Shown: positions 52,201 through 61,509, counted from the stretch's first letter. The stretch is 64,000 nt of DNA from Casimicrobiaceae bacterium (GCA_035495715.1 DATJFI010000055.1:22071-86070); one strand, 5' to 3'. Program-made: numbers and translations. Notes: generated from the letters alone by a model not told the origin.

Positions 52201-52483
52201 GCGCGTCACGAACGCGGCGCCAAGACAGCGCAACGCGTACTTCAGCAGCAGCGATGCCGCGTTCGACGATCGCTACGAGGCGAGCGCCGAATGGGCGCGC
52301 GTCAAGGCCGGCACGGTCCCCGTCGAAGGCGGATGGCGCATCTATTCGAGCGGTCCGGGCCTCTACATCAACCTGCTGGTTTGCCATGCACTCGGCGTTC
52401 GCCGCCGGTTCGGCGATCGCGTTCGCCAACCGGCGCTGCCGCAAGCGCTGCGCGCGCTGACGGTCGAGCGCGACACGCGGTGA
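49244..52483 (+). CDS. GH94 glycoside phosphorylase (1,2-beta-oligoglucan phosphorylase-like)
   Basis: NEAYASQYIDH, LEQYTGAAWGTRD, GDWNDSLQP, REIGLMYVHAH, WRIYSSGPG; start uncertain. Confidence 0.85.
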   Translation: MRTWRLPRAGELGLIRVGNDAGLDVSVLPNGAVFAIEHRDDRGAIRINQVPGAPIGGGIARVLLRARAAGRAATCEVQGPRARVRLGHADDRIVWEGRTRGIAHRVTLRLLPAESAWLWRIDVTNAGDVAMQTDAILVQDLGLGAPEFVANNEAYASQYIDHHAARDARLGPVVLSRQNLAQQNRHPWVMHGCLDGAEGFATDAMQLFGPAYRDANALPLPTGNALANRRLQHEVACAAIQSRCVTLQPGAGASWRFFALYEADHPAASSDADLAKLFAIAWPADDAHPVATSRARRDVVQDAPAMRVKTLDADALAKRYPDRFLEESKRNRPLSFFAPDPPHNRHVVLRAKERIVTRRHGALVRSGSAMLPHQSTLCATCWMHGVFAAQLTIGNTSFHKLFGVSRDPYNVMRASGLRAMVDAGRGWRLLTIPSAFEMGLSDCRWIYVLAERVVTVRAVVSGADPAMQWRIVIDGAPCRILVYGQLVIGEREFEHAGNVVVDQARASFTFRPDPESLFGRHYPDAAYHLVISTPDAIDAIGGDELLLADEEPRNGTHLAIRTQPTNELVFAVVGSLTDPAHAAELASKYERPRDDDDVRSSSMRFWTHVTRGTRIGGDSSATAALNASLPWLAHDAMMHLTVPRGLEQYTGAAWGTRDVCQGPVECLLALEHDACVREILRIVFAEQYAARGDWPQWFMLEPYSSIRDAHSHGDVIVWPLKALNDYLEATNDLAFLDERSAWRDDATLARTASADPISVHVEKLLAKVQERFIPGTRLVRYGEGDWNDSLQPADPGLRDAMVSSWTVALLYQQLERYGEALRRAGRAGAANGIADLALGIRHDFNRFLVRDRTVAGYAVFGGKAGEPELLLHPSDVRTGLRYSLLPMTRSIIAGLFTSEQAHHHLRIIREHLLFPDGVRLMDQPVGYRGGVERIFRRAESAAFFGREIGLMYVHAHLRYGEAMAALGEADALWDALAVANPIGVTTRVTNAAPRQRNAYFSSSDAAFDDRYEASAEWARVKAGTVPVEGGWRIYSSGPGLYINLLVCHALGVRRRFGDRVRQPALPQALRALTVERDTR

Positions 52484-53401
52484 TCACGCGTCGTGGGTTC
52501 CGACGACGCCCGACAATTTCCTGCGCGGTTCCAGCAGCACGATCGCGAGCGCCGCCACGACCAGCGCGAGCGCGATCCATTCCTGCCAGCCCGGGCGCTC
52601 GCCGAGCACGAGCATGCCCGAGATGACGCCGACGACCGGAATGGGCAGCGACGTGATCGACGAGATCGCGACCGGCAGCGATCGCGCCAGCATGAACCAC
52701 GCGAGGTTCGCCATGGTGCCGGCGAGGCAGACGTTGTAGAAGATCGCGAACCAGCCGCGTCCGGAGAGCCGCGCGAGCTCGGCGCCGATCGGCTGCGGAT
52801 CGAAGAACGGGGCCGCGACGACGAGCGGTACGCAGCCGATCAGCATCATCCATCCGGACAGCGCGTTCTGCGGCATCGTCGGCTTCCACTTGCGCAGCAA
52901 CACGGTGCCGAACGCCCAGAGGATCGCCGCGATCAGGATCATCATCGTGCCCGATGGCGAGCGGCGGACGACGACGGCCTGTTCGCCGAGCAGCACCGCC
53001 ATGCCGGCCGCGCCGAGCGCAAGTCCGACCAGCTTGCGGCGCGAGATCGGCTCGCGCACGACGATCGCGGCGAATAGCGTCGCCCAGATGGGCATCGTGT
53101 AGCCGAGGATCGCGCTGCGGCCCGCGGGTAGCTGCTGCACGCCGAAGAGCACGAATCCGTTCCATCCCGAGATGTTGAACAGCGCGAGCGCGATCAGGTG
53201 CGGCCAGAACGCGCGCGGCACGCGGATCGAACGGCCCGACGCACGCGCGACGCCGAGCATGCCGAGCGCGGCGAGCGGCAGCGTCAGCGCGCGGAACGTG
53301 AGCGGCGCCATCTCGGTAACGCCGAGCTTGAGCACGGGCCAGTTGCATCCCCAGACGAGCGCCAGCACGAGGATCGGCAGCGCGGCGCGCGCCGCCGTCA
53401 C
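52484..53401 (-). CDS. DMT/EamA family transporter
   Basis: About 10 TM helices, VWGCNW, two EamA repeats, LGE. Confidence 0.9.
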   Translation of the reverse strand: MTAARAALPILVLALVWGCNWPVLKLGVTEMAPLTFRALTLPLAALGMLGVARASGRSIRVPRAFWPHLIALALFNISGWNGFVLFGVQQLPAGRSAILGYTMPIWATLFAAIVVREPISRRKLVGLALGAAGMAVLLGEQAVVVRRSPSGTMMILIAAILWAFGTVLLRKWKPTMPQNALSGWMMLIGCVPLVVAAPFFDPQPIGAELARLSGRGWFAIFYNVCLAGTMANLAWFMLARSLPVAISSITSLPIPVVGVISGMLVLGERPGWQEWIALALVVAALAIVLLEPRRKLSGVVGTHDA

Positions 53402-53904
53402 GGATTCGTTCCGTACTTCGACAGATGGAGCGCGCGCGCCTGCGCGACCCAGCCGTCGCGGCGTATACGTCCGGGGAATTCGGCAAGCGTGTTCTCGATT
53501 GCGTCGATCTCGTGCTCCGTGAGGCGCGCGATCTGCCGGTACGTCGCGATGCCCGACCGATAGAGAACGCGCTCGATCGCGGGCCCGATGCCGACGATCA
53601 GCTTGAGGTCGTCGGGCGTTCCGGGCGCATCGAGGAGCGGCGGCGGCGCGTTACGCTCGATGTCGACGACGATCTGGCGCCAGCGTGCGGTCTCCGTGCG
53701 CGCATCGGCGAGCGCGGCGAAGAGCTCCGCGCGGTCTTCGGCGAACGCGGCGAGATGCGCGCGCTCGGCGGATGCGCTCGGTGCATCGGCATCGGTCGCG
53801 GCCTGCGCCACGACGTCGCGGCGCACGCGGGCGCGCCCTGCGCGATACGCAATGGCGACGGCGACCGCAAGCGCGATCAACGCAACGAACGCAAAAGCGC
53901 TCAC
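53398..53904 (-). CDS. Membrane-anchored protein with C-terminal helix-hairpin-helix domain
   Basis: N-terminal TM helix; DDLKLIVGIGPAIE..L...GI..YRQIA...RIRRDGWVAQA. Confidence 0.75.
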   Translation of the reverse strand: MSAFAFVALIALAVAVAIAYRAGRARVRRDVVAQAATDADAPSASAERAHLAAFAEDRAELFAALADARTETARWRQIVVDIERNAPPPLLDAPGTPDDLKLIVGIGPAIERVLYRSGIATYRQIARLTEHEIDAIENTLAEFPGRIRRDGWVAQARALHLSKYGTNP

Positions 53905-53998
53905 GGAGCCTCTGGGACGGGCGATGCGGCGCCGAGATTGTATGCTGCGCCGCGATGCGCAAGCCACCCCGCGCGACGCGAACCGCGAAACTGCGGAC

Positions 53999-54007
53999 TG
54001 CTAGAAT
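53999..54007 (+). promoter_or_regulatory. Extended -10 promoter for hemX
   Basis: TGcTAGAAT 9 nt upstream of the ATG; no obvious RBS. Confidence 0.55.
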
Positions 54008-54016
54008 CGGCCGATC

Positions 54017-55087
54017 ATGTCCTCGCCGGCTTCCAATGTCGACGACGCCGGGTCGCCCGCCGCGCCGCCGCCGGCCGCCGGGCCGGCGCGGATGCCGTTT
54101 GCACTGCGAGCGCTGTGGACGTTGTTCGTTCTCGCGATCGTCGTCGGGCTCTATGCATGGTACGGCGAGCGGCAGGCCGTGCGCACGCTGCGAGGCGAGG
54201 TCGCGCAGCGGCTGACCGCTGCCGACGCCGCCGCCGCCCAGGCGCGCGAGCGCGATTCCGATCTCGGCAACCAGCTTCGCGATGCGCAGGCAAAGCTCGC
54301 GCTGCTCGCGGCGCGCATCGCCGAATTCCAGTCGCAGCAGGCGGCGCTCGAAGCGCTGTATCGCGACCTCGCACCGTCGCGCGATGAGCTCGCGCTCGCC
54401 GAAGTCGAGCAGATCCTCGTGCTTGCGAGCCAGCAGCTCTCGCTCGCCGGCAACGTGAACGCGGCGCTCGCGGGACTGCAGGTCGCCGATTCGAAGCTTG
54501 CCGAGCTCGATCGGCCGCAGCTCGCGCCGCTGCGTCGCGCGCTAGCGCGCGACATGGATCGGTTGAAGGCGGTGCCGTACGTCGACGTCGCCGGCATTTC
54601 GATCAAGCTCGACCAGATGATCCAGGCGATCGGCACGCTGCCGCTCGCCAGAGACGAGCGTGTCGCCGCGCGCGCCGTGCCGCCGCCGGCGACGAGCGAG
54701 CCCGCGTGGTCGCGCTTTCTCCACGGCCTGTGGAGCGAGCTTCGCAACGTGATCCGCATCCAGGTCGACGAGCACCCGGCGGCCCCACTGGTCACGCCCG
54801 AGCAATCGTTCTTCCTTCGCGAGAACCTGCGGTTGCGGCTCCTGTCGGCGCGCCTCTCGCTGCTCGCGCGCGACGACCGCTCGTTCAAGGCGGATCTCTC
54901 GGCCGCGCGCGACTGGCTGACCGAGTATTTCGACAAGGAAAACCGCCAGGTGCAGTCGGCGCTCGCGACGCTTGCGCAGCTTGCGTCGACCGCGATGCCG
55001 GGACAGATGCCGGACCTGTCGGCGAGCCTCGACGCGGTGCGGGCGCTCAAGGCCGCGAGCGACCGCGCGCCGTCGTCGGGCCGCTGA
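54017..55087 (+). CDS. hemX: HemX family membrane protein
   Basis: TM helix plus coiled coil, LAEVEQIL.LASQQL.LAGNV, LRENLRLRLLSAR; precedes hemY. Confidence 0.88.
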   Translation: MSSPASNVDDAGSPAAPPPAAGPARMPFALRALWTLFVLAIVVGLYAWYGERQAVRTLRGEVAQRLTAADAAAAQARERDSDLGNQLRDAQAKLALLAARIAEFQSQQAALEALYRDLAPSRDELALAEVEQILVLASQQLSLAGNVNAALAGLQVADSKLAELDRPQLAPLRRALARDMDRLKAVPYVDVAGISIKLDQMIQAIGTLPLARDERVAARAVPPPATSEPAWSRFLHGLWSELRNVIRIQVDEHPAAPLVTPEQSFFLRENLRLRLLSARLSLLARDDRSFKADLSAARDWLTEYFDKENRQVQSALATLAQLASTAMPGQMPDLSASLDAVRALKAASDRAPSSGR

Positions 55088-55097
55088 CGCGAAATCC

Positions 55098-56294
55098 GTG
55101 AAGGCGCTGATCGCGTTCATCGTCATCGCGGCGTTCGCGGTGGCGCTCGCGCTCGTGTTCCGGTTGAACGCCGGCTACGTGCTGTTCGTCTCGCCGCCGT
55201 ACCGGATCGAGCTGTCGCAGAACGCGTTCGTCATTCTCGGCATCCTCGCGTTCGTCGCCCTCTATGCGCTGATCCGTGCCGGCGTGCGTCTCGCGAAGCT
55301 GCCCGAGGAGGTGCGCGAAGGACGGCGGCGGCGGCAGTTCGCGCGCTTTCGCAGCAAGCAGGATGCGGCGGTCGTCGCGCTGCTCGAGGGACGCCACGGC
55401 AAGGCGCGGCAGTTCGCGCAGGAGGCGCTCGCGATTCCGCAATCGTCGCCGGTCGCAGCACTCGTCGGCGCGCGCGCGGCGCTCGAGACACGCGACCTGG
55501 ACGGCGCGTCGGCGATGCTCGAGCGGCCCGACACGCAGGCGACCAATCTCGCGGTGCCGCGGCTCATGCTCGAAGCGGAGTTGGCACTCGAGCGCGGACA
55601 GCCGGCCGAGGCGCTCGCGCGTCTCGCGGAGTTGCGTCGCGAGGCGGGGCTGCACACCGCGGCGCAGCGGCTCGAGTTGCGCGCGCTCACCGCAGCGAAC
55701 CGTCCGGCGGAGATTCCGGCGCTCGTCGACCAGCTCGTCAAGCGCAAGGTCTACGACGCGAAGCAGGGCGCGCTGCTCCGCGCAAGCGCGCATGCGGAAG
55801 CGATCGCCGCGCTCGCGCACGATGCCGCGGGCCTGCGTGCCTACTGGGCGCGCGTGCCCGAAGGCGACCGCCTGCAACCGAAGGTCGCGCGCGCCGCAGC
55901 GCGGAGCTTTCTCGCGCAGGGCGGCGATCGCGAAGCGGCCGACATCCTAGCGCGAAGCCTGGAGCGTAACTGGGAGCCCACCCTGCTTCTCACGTACGCC
56001 GAATGCCGCGCGCCCGATCCGACGCGCCAGCTCGAGATCGCCGAGCGCTGGCTCCCGACGCACAACCAGGACGCGACGCTGCTGTACGCGCTCGGACGGT
56101 TGTGCGAGCGCCAGCAGTTGTGGGGCAAGGCACAAACGTACCTCGAGGCGAGCCTCGCGCTCGACAATCACTGGCGCGCGCACGTCGCGCTCGGGGAGCT
56201 GCTTGCCGAGCTCGGCCGCCAGGACGAGGCGAACGCGCATCTCGCGGCGGCGTTGCAGCTTGCGCTGGGGGAGCTCACCACGCGGGAAGCGTGA
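55098..56294 (+). CDS. hemY: HemY family TPR membrane protein
   Basis: GYVL...PYRIELS.N, LLEGR, LGRLC..QQLWGKA..YLEAS. Confidence 0.88.
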   Translation: MKALIAFIVIAAFAVALALVFRLNAGYVLFVSPPYRIELSQNAFVILGILAFVALYALIRAGVRLAKLPEEVREGRRRRQFARFRSKQDAAVVALLEGRHGKARQFAQEALAIPQSSPVAALVGARAALETRDLDGASAMLERPDTQATNLAVPRLMLEAELALERGQPAEALARLAELRREAGLHTAAQRLELRALTAANRPAEIPALVDQLVKRKVYDAKQGALLRASAHAEAIAALAHDAAGLRAYWARVPEGDRLQPKVARAAARSFLAQGGDREAADILARSLERNWEPTLLLTYAECRAPDPTRQLEIAERWLPTHNQDATLLYALGRLCERQQLWGKAQTYLEASLALDNHWRAHVALGELLAELGRQDEANAHLAAALQLALGELTTREA

Positions 56295-56390
56295 CCGCCG
56301 CCGCCACGGGGACGAAGACGCGCGCCGGCGGATCGATTATGCTTGGCGTCGCAACACCGCAGCGCTTGCTGGTTCGTGGGGAGGGGGACG

Positions 56391-57365
56391 ATGTCGGCAA
56401 CGCGTATCGTGGCGCTCGCGTTTGCGGCGCTCGCGCTTCTAGCGCGCGGCCCCGCCGTCGATGCGTCGCCTTATCCGGAGCGGCCGATCACGCTCGTGGT
56501 CGGCTTCGTCGCGGGCGGCGGCGTCGACGCCAACGCGCGGTTGCTCGCGGACGCGCTGTCGCATCGTTTCGGCCAGCCCGTCATCGTCGAAAACCGTCCG
56601 GGCGCCGGGTCGAAGATCGCGAACAATCGCGTGGCGAAGGCGCCTCCCGACGGTTATACGCTGCTCGTCACCACCGCCGCGGTGGCGATCGACATGGCGG
56701 CGAGCGCCAATGCCGGCGTCGACGCGAGCGCCGATTTCGTGCCGGTGTCGACGATGTCGACGTCGCCGATGTTCCTCGTCGTCAATCCGTCGCTTCCCGT
56801 GCACGACGTGCGCGGCCTGGTCGAGCGCGCGAAGGCGATGCCGGACGCGCTCAATTACGCGTCGTCGGGCAACGGCACGACGCCGCACCTCTATGCCGAG
56901 CTCTTCAAGCTTCGCACCGGAACGCAAATCGTGCACGTGCCGTACAAGGGGACCGCGCCCGCGCTTGCGGCACTGATGGCCGGCGACGTGCAGATGGGCT
57001 TCGCGCCGGCGATGTCGGTGTTGCCGTTCGTCAAAGCGGGGACGCTTCGCGCACTCGCGACCACCGGGTCCGCGCGCTTCGCGCTTCTATCCGACGTCCC
57101 GACGATGAAGGAGGCGGGCGTTCCCGACGCCGAGGCGGACGTCTGGTACGGCATGCTGGCGCCGGCCGGCACGCCGCCCGACATCGTCGCGACGATCGCG
57201 ACCGCGATCGCGACCGTCTCGCACACGCCCGAATTCAGGCAGCGGCTCGAGGCGCTCGGAGCCGAGCCGAAGACGATGACGCCCACGGCATTTCGATCGC
57301 TGCTCGAGCGCGAAGTCGTCCGCTGGGCCGAGGTGGAGAAGATCGCGCGCATCACCCCTGATTGA
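56391..57365 (+). CDS. Tripartite tricarboxylate transporter substrate-binding protein (Bug/TctC)
   Basis: YPERPITLVVGF.AGG..D, VENRPGA, YASSGNG, HVPYKG, VPTMKE. Confidence 0.92.
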   Translation: MSATRIVALAFAALALLARGPAVDASPYPERPITLVVGFVAGGGVDANARLLADALSHRFGQPVIVENRPGAGSKIANNRVAKAPPDGYTLLVTTAAVAIDMAASANAGVDASADFVPVSTMSTSPMFLVVNPSLPVHDVRGLVERAKAMPDALNYASSGNGTTPHLYAELFKLRTGTQIVHVPYKGTAPALAALMAGDVQMGFAPAMSVLPFVKAGTLRALATTGSARFALLSDVPTMKEAGVPDAEADVWYGMLAPAGTPPDIVATIATAIATVSHTPEFRQRLEALGAEPKTMTPTAFRSLLEREVVRWAEVEKIARITPD

Positions 57366-57445
57366 CGTTCCGGCTGGGGCGCGCGCGAGCGGTTTCGCGC
57401 GAGCCGGCGCTTTCGATCCCGACGACCGTTCATTCGGAGGCGAGC

Positions 57446-60067
57446 GTGACGACGGATTGCAGTGGCGAGTCGATCGGCGCGCGCCTTGCGAGGATCGCGG
57501 CGCGCGAACAGGACCGGGTCGCCGTCGTCGAAGGCGACGCGCGCATCGGCTACCGCGATCTCGATCGCGCGGCGAGCGGCGTCGCGGCGCGCATCGTCGT
57601 GGCGACCGCGGGGCGCGACGGCCCGTTGTGCCTCTTCTTCGAATGCAAGCTCGCAACCGTGGTGGCGATCTTCGGCGCTGCGCGCAGTGGCCGCGCGTAC
57701 GTTCCGCTCGATGCCGGCGATCCGCAGGCGCGGCTGGCGGCGATCCTCGACGACTGCGCGCCGGTCGCGCTCCTGACCGATGCGCGCCTTGCGCCGCGCG
57801 CGCAGGCGCTCGCGCCTTCCGGTTGCACGGTGATCGCGTTCGACGACGTCGCGCGTGAACGAAGCACGTTGAGCCTCGCCGACGTTGCCGGCGACGCGGC
57901 TCTCTACATCCATTACACGTCCGGCTCGACCGGCGCGCCGAAGGGCGCGCTCCAGACGCATGCGAACGTGCTGTTCTACGCGGACGTCTACGCACGGGCG
58001 CTGCGCATCGTGCCTGCGGATCGGATGTCGCTCGTCTATACGATGAGCTTCGCGGCCGGCAACGGCGACGTCGTTCGCGCGCTCACGCAAGGGGCGACGC
58101 TTTGCGGCTACGACCTTCGCCGCGACGGCATCGCACCGCTCGCCGACTGGCTCGACCGCGAGCGCGTGAGCGTCCTGCACATGCCGCCGACCGCATTTCG
58201 CGAATTTGCCGGCCGCCTAGCGCCGTCGCGAATCCTGCCGCATCTGCGCGCGCTGCATCTGGGCGGCGAGCCCGTGTTCGCCAACGACGTGCGGCTCTTT
58301 CGCGAGCGCACGCTGCCGCATTGCATTCTCGTGAATCACCTCGCGTCGACCGAGGCCGGCGTCATCGCGCAGCACGTCGTCGACCATGCGAGCGCGCTGC
58401 CATCCGGTCCGCTGGTGCCGGCCGGTCGCGCCGTCGACGGCGTGCGCATCGAGATCCACCGCGACGACGGAAGCCTCGCGGATGTCGAGGAGGTCGGCGA
58501 GATCGTCGTCGCGAGCCGCCACGTGAGCCCCGGCTACTGGCGACGTCCCGAGCTCGACCGGACGACGTTCGCGGACGTGGAAGGCGAGCCGGGCGTTCGC
58601 CGCTATCGCACGCGCGACCTCGGACGCCTCGACGCGGAAGGCCGCCTGCATTTCGTCGGGCGCAGCGGCAGCCGCGTCAAGATCCGCGGCTATTCCGTCG
58701 ATCTCGCCGAAGTCGAAGCGACGCTCGCGACGTGCCCGCTCGTCGAGAAAGCGGCGGTCGTCGCCATCGACGAAGGATCGCAAGCGAACCCGACGCGCCT
58801 CGTCGCGTACGCGGTCGCGCGAAGCGACGCGGCGCGCGATCCGCAGAGCGTGCGCCGCCACGTCGCGGCGATGCTGCCGCTCTACATGCTGCCCGCGCGC
58901 ATCCACTATCTCGATGCGCTGCCCCTGACGGCGACCGGGAAGGTGGACCGGAACGCGCTCGCGACGATGCGTCCGCTCGTGGCCGGCGCGCGCGAGCTCG
59001 AGGCGCCTCGCGACGACGTCGAGCGTGCGATCGCCGACATCTTCGCGGAGATGCTCGCGCTCGACACGGTCGGTCGCGACGACGATTTCTTCCTGCAAGG
59101 CGGCGATTCGCTGCTATCGGTCGAGCTCGAGTTTCGCGTCGCGGAGGCGTTCGGCGTGCGCGTCGGCAATTTCCACCGCGGCGCAACCGTCGCGTCGATC
59201 GCGGCTTGCGTGCGCGCGATCCGCGATGATCCGCAGCATGGTACGCGGTGCTTCCCAGTGCTCATTCCCCTCTGGACCCACGGGCGCGCGCCACCGCTCT
59301 TCCTCGTCCATGGACGCCACGGACAGGCGTTCGTGAGTCCGCATTTCATGCGGCTCCTCGGCGACGACCAGCCGGTGTGGGCGTTCCAGGCCCGCGGCCT
59401 CGACGGCGTGTCCGCTGCACATGTATCGGTCGACGACATGGCGGCCGACTACCTCGGCGAGTTGCGCAAGGTGCGCGCGCACGGCCCCTATTTCCTGGGC
59501 TCGCTTTGTGCGGGTGTTTACATCGTCGCATCGATCGCGCGCGCGCTCCGCGCAGCGGGAGAGGACGTGCTGCCGCTGTTGCTGCTCGATCCGCCGAACA
59601 GCGTGAGCCAGCCCGGTTACTGGCAGATCTCCGAGGATGAGTTCGTCGCGAAGATGCAGGCGCGCCACGCGCGCGGCACGACGGCAGGCCCGACGGAGGA
59701 CCCCGTCTACATGCAGGCCGTCATCCGCACGACGGCCGCATTCGAGCAGGCGATCGCGAAGCATCGGCCGCTTCCGTACGATGGTGCGGTCTACGTGCTG
59801 TCGAGCCATCAGCGGATGCATCGCGACGACCCGCTCGCGCTGCGCCGGATCTTCACCGGGCGCTACAAGCGCTACGAGGTCGGCGAGACGCACGCGGCGG
59901 CGCTCGATCCCCGCAATCCGGTCTTCGCGAGCACGCTCAGGCGCTGTGTCGGCCTGATCCTCGACGCCGCGCGCTCGTGCGCTCCCGAAGGCGAGCTGAC
60001 TCCCGAATCGCGGGAGCCGGTGGCGAAAATCGTCGAAGGGGGCGCAGACGTGCAACGCGTGCAGTAG
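57446..60067 (+). CDS. Stand-alone NRPS-like enzyme (A-T-TE)
   Basis: YTSGSTGAPKG, YRTRDLG, VKIRG, PLTATGKVDR; GGDSL carrier motif; TE PLFLVHG...GPYFLGSLCAG; GGAGG RBS before GTG 57446. Confidence 0.88.
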   Translation: MTTDCSGESIGARLARIAAREQDRVAVVEGDARIGYRDLDRAASGVAARIVVATAGRDGPLCLFFECKLATVVAIFGAARSGRAYVPLDAGDPQARLAAILDDCAPVALLTDARLAPRAQALAPSGCTVIAFDDVARERSTLSLADVAGDAALYIHYTSGSTGAPKGALQTHANVLFYADVYARALRIVPADRMSLVYTMSFAAGNGDVVRALTQGATLCGYDLRRDGIAPLADWLDRERVSVLHMPPTAFREFAGRLAPSRILPHLRALHLGGEPVFANDVRLFRERTLPHCILVNHLASTEAGVIAQHVVDHASALPSGPLVPAGRAVDGVRIEIHRDDGSLADVEEVGEIVVASRHVSPGYWRRPELDRTTFADVEGEPGVRRYRTRDLGRLDAEGRLHFVGRSGSRVKIRGYSVDLAEVEATLATCPLVEKAAVVAIDEGSQANPTRLVAYAVARSDAARDPQSVRRHVAAMLPLYMLPARIHYLDALPLTATGKVDRNALATMRPLVAGARELEAPRDDVERAIADIFAEMLALDTVGRDDDFFLQGGDSLLSVELEFRVAEAFGVRVGNFHRGATVASIAACVRAIRDDPQHGTRCFPVLIPLWTHGRAPPLFLVHGRHGQAFVSPHFMRLLGDDQPVWAFQARGLDGVSAAHVSVDDMAADYLGELRKVRAHGPYFLGSLCAGVYIVASIARALRAAGEDVLPLLLLDPPNSVSQPGYWQISEDEFVAKMQARHARGTTAGPTEDPVYMQAVIRTTAAFEQAIAKHRPLPYDGAVYVLSSHQRMHRDDPLALRRIFTGRYKRYEVGETHAAALDPRNPVFASTLRRCVGLILDAARSCAPEGELTPESREPVAKIVEGGADVQRVQ

Positions 60068-60455
60068 GAAACGACGATCTTCGCGACGCTGTTCATTTAT
60101 GGCCCCAACAAGCAGCTTCCGTTCGTCAATTCGGACGCTTACCGACACGGTGCGGCGTGCGGGTCGTCAAGCAGATTCAGCGCGAAACGCTGCAGGCCAT
60201 CGACTTCAGCGGCCCGTACACGGGTGTGCTGAGCCGTTCGACGTCGGGGGCGGCGTGTCCGATGTTCACCAGCACCGACTCGACGCCGGGAACGTGGCGC
60301 ATCACCCAAGGTGGCACGACGGTGAGCAGCGACGCGACCGCCGACGGCGTAAGCTGCTCATACACCGGCGGCTATGTACAGGCAGGGCACGTCGGTGATG
60401 TCTCTGGCCGCTACACATGTGTGAACGGCGATGCGGGCACGCTCGACTTTTTGCG
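60040..60455 (+). pseudogene. Degraded remnant of a beta-rich, Cys-containing secreted-type protein
   Basis: VQ*ETTIFATLFIYGPN in one frame, then GVRVVKQIQRETL..IDFSGPYTG...SCSYTGGYVQAG...YTC..GDAG in another; no start or RBS. Confidence 0.5.
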
Positions 60456-60480
60456 CCGCTGCGTGCTCGTCACCGACGCG

Positions 60481-61509
60481 CTATCGCGCCTCGCTTTGTG
60501 CCGCATACGTGAAGCTGTCGGCGAAGAATTCGCCTTCCGGCAGCTTTCGCAGCGTCGTGAAATCGCGTCGCGCCGCGTCGATCATCGCCGGCGCGCCGCA
60601 CGCGTAGACCTGGTAGCCCGACAGGTCCTTGAAGTCGTCCATCACCGCCTGATGCACGAGCCCCGTGCGGCCCGGCCAGTCGTCATCGGCCGCGGGGTCG
60701 GACAAGACCGGGATGAACGTGAAGTTCGGATTCTGCTGCTGCCATTTGCCGGGCACCTGCGGCATGTAGAGGTCCCGCTTCGCGCGCGCTCCCCAGTACA
60801 GGACGATCTCGCGGGGAATCGCGTGATGAAGCATGTGCTCGATGATCGCCTTGATCGGCGCGAAGCCGGTGCCGCCGGCGACGAAGATCACGGGCTTGTC
60901 CGTCGTCTCGCGCAGATAGAACGTCCCGAGCGGGCCCTCGAAACGCAGGATCTCGCGGCCCTTGTACGTCGTGAACAGCGGATCGGTGAAAAAGCCACCC
61001 GGCGTGTGCCGGATGTGGAGCTCGAGCAACTCGTCGGCGTGCGGCGGCGTCGCGATCGAAAAGCTCCGGCGATGGCCGTCCTTGAGCAGGAAGTCGATGT
61101 ACTGGCCCGCGAGGTATTGCAGCCGTTCGTTGACGGGCAGCTTCAGCTTGACGATCGCGACGTCGGGTGCGGGCCTCTCGATCGATTCGATCCGGCACGG
61201 CAGCCGCTTGATCTGGATGTCGCCGGCCTTGCGAACCTCGCGCACTTCGATGACGAGGTCGGTCCTCGGCTTCGCGACGCAAAACAGCGCGAGGCCCTTG
61301 CGCTTCTCGTCGTCGGTGAGCGTCGACGGCTGATGCGCGCCGAAGTCGACTTCGCCTTCCAGGATGCGTCCCTTGCACGTGCCGCAAGCGCCGTTGCGGC
61401 AGCCGTACGGGATCATCAGATCCGCGCGCATCGCGGACTGCAGAACCGTTTCGTCGTGCTCGCAGCCGAACGAATGCTCGCTCGGCCGTATGCTAATCTG
61501 CAGGGTCAT
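60481..61509 (-). CDS. 2Fe-2S/FAD/NAD oxidoreductase (CDP-6-deoxy-delta-3,4-glucoseen reductase-like)
   Basis: CRNGACGTC, YLAGQY, RSFSIA, AGGTGFAP, YACG. Confidence 0.9.
   Translation of the reverse strand: MTLQISIRPSEHSFGCEHDETVLQSAMRADLMIPYGCRNGACGTCKGRILEGEVDFGAHQPSTLTDDEKRKGLALFCVAKPRTDLVIEVREVRKAGDIQIKRLPCRIESIERPAPDVAIVKLKLPVNERLQYLAGQYIDFLLKDGHRRSFSIATPPHADELLELHIRHTPGGFFTDPLFTTYKGREILRFEGPLGTFYLRETTDKPVIFVAGGTGFAPIKAIIEHMLHHAIPREIVLYWGARAKRDLYMPQVPGKWQQQNPNFTFIPVLSDPAADDDWPGRTGLVHQAVMDDFKDLSGYQVYACGAPAMIDAARRDFTTLRKLPEGEFFADSFTYAAQSEAR

Noticed and set aside
60065-60067. Amber readthrough (pyrrolysine) of the NRPS stop
   Set aside because: Downstream similarity breaks by frameshift and no pyl genes are seen; pseudogene decay is simpler
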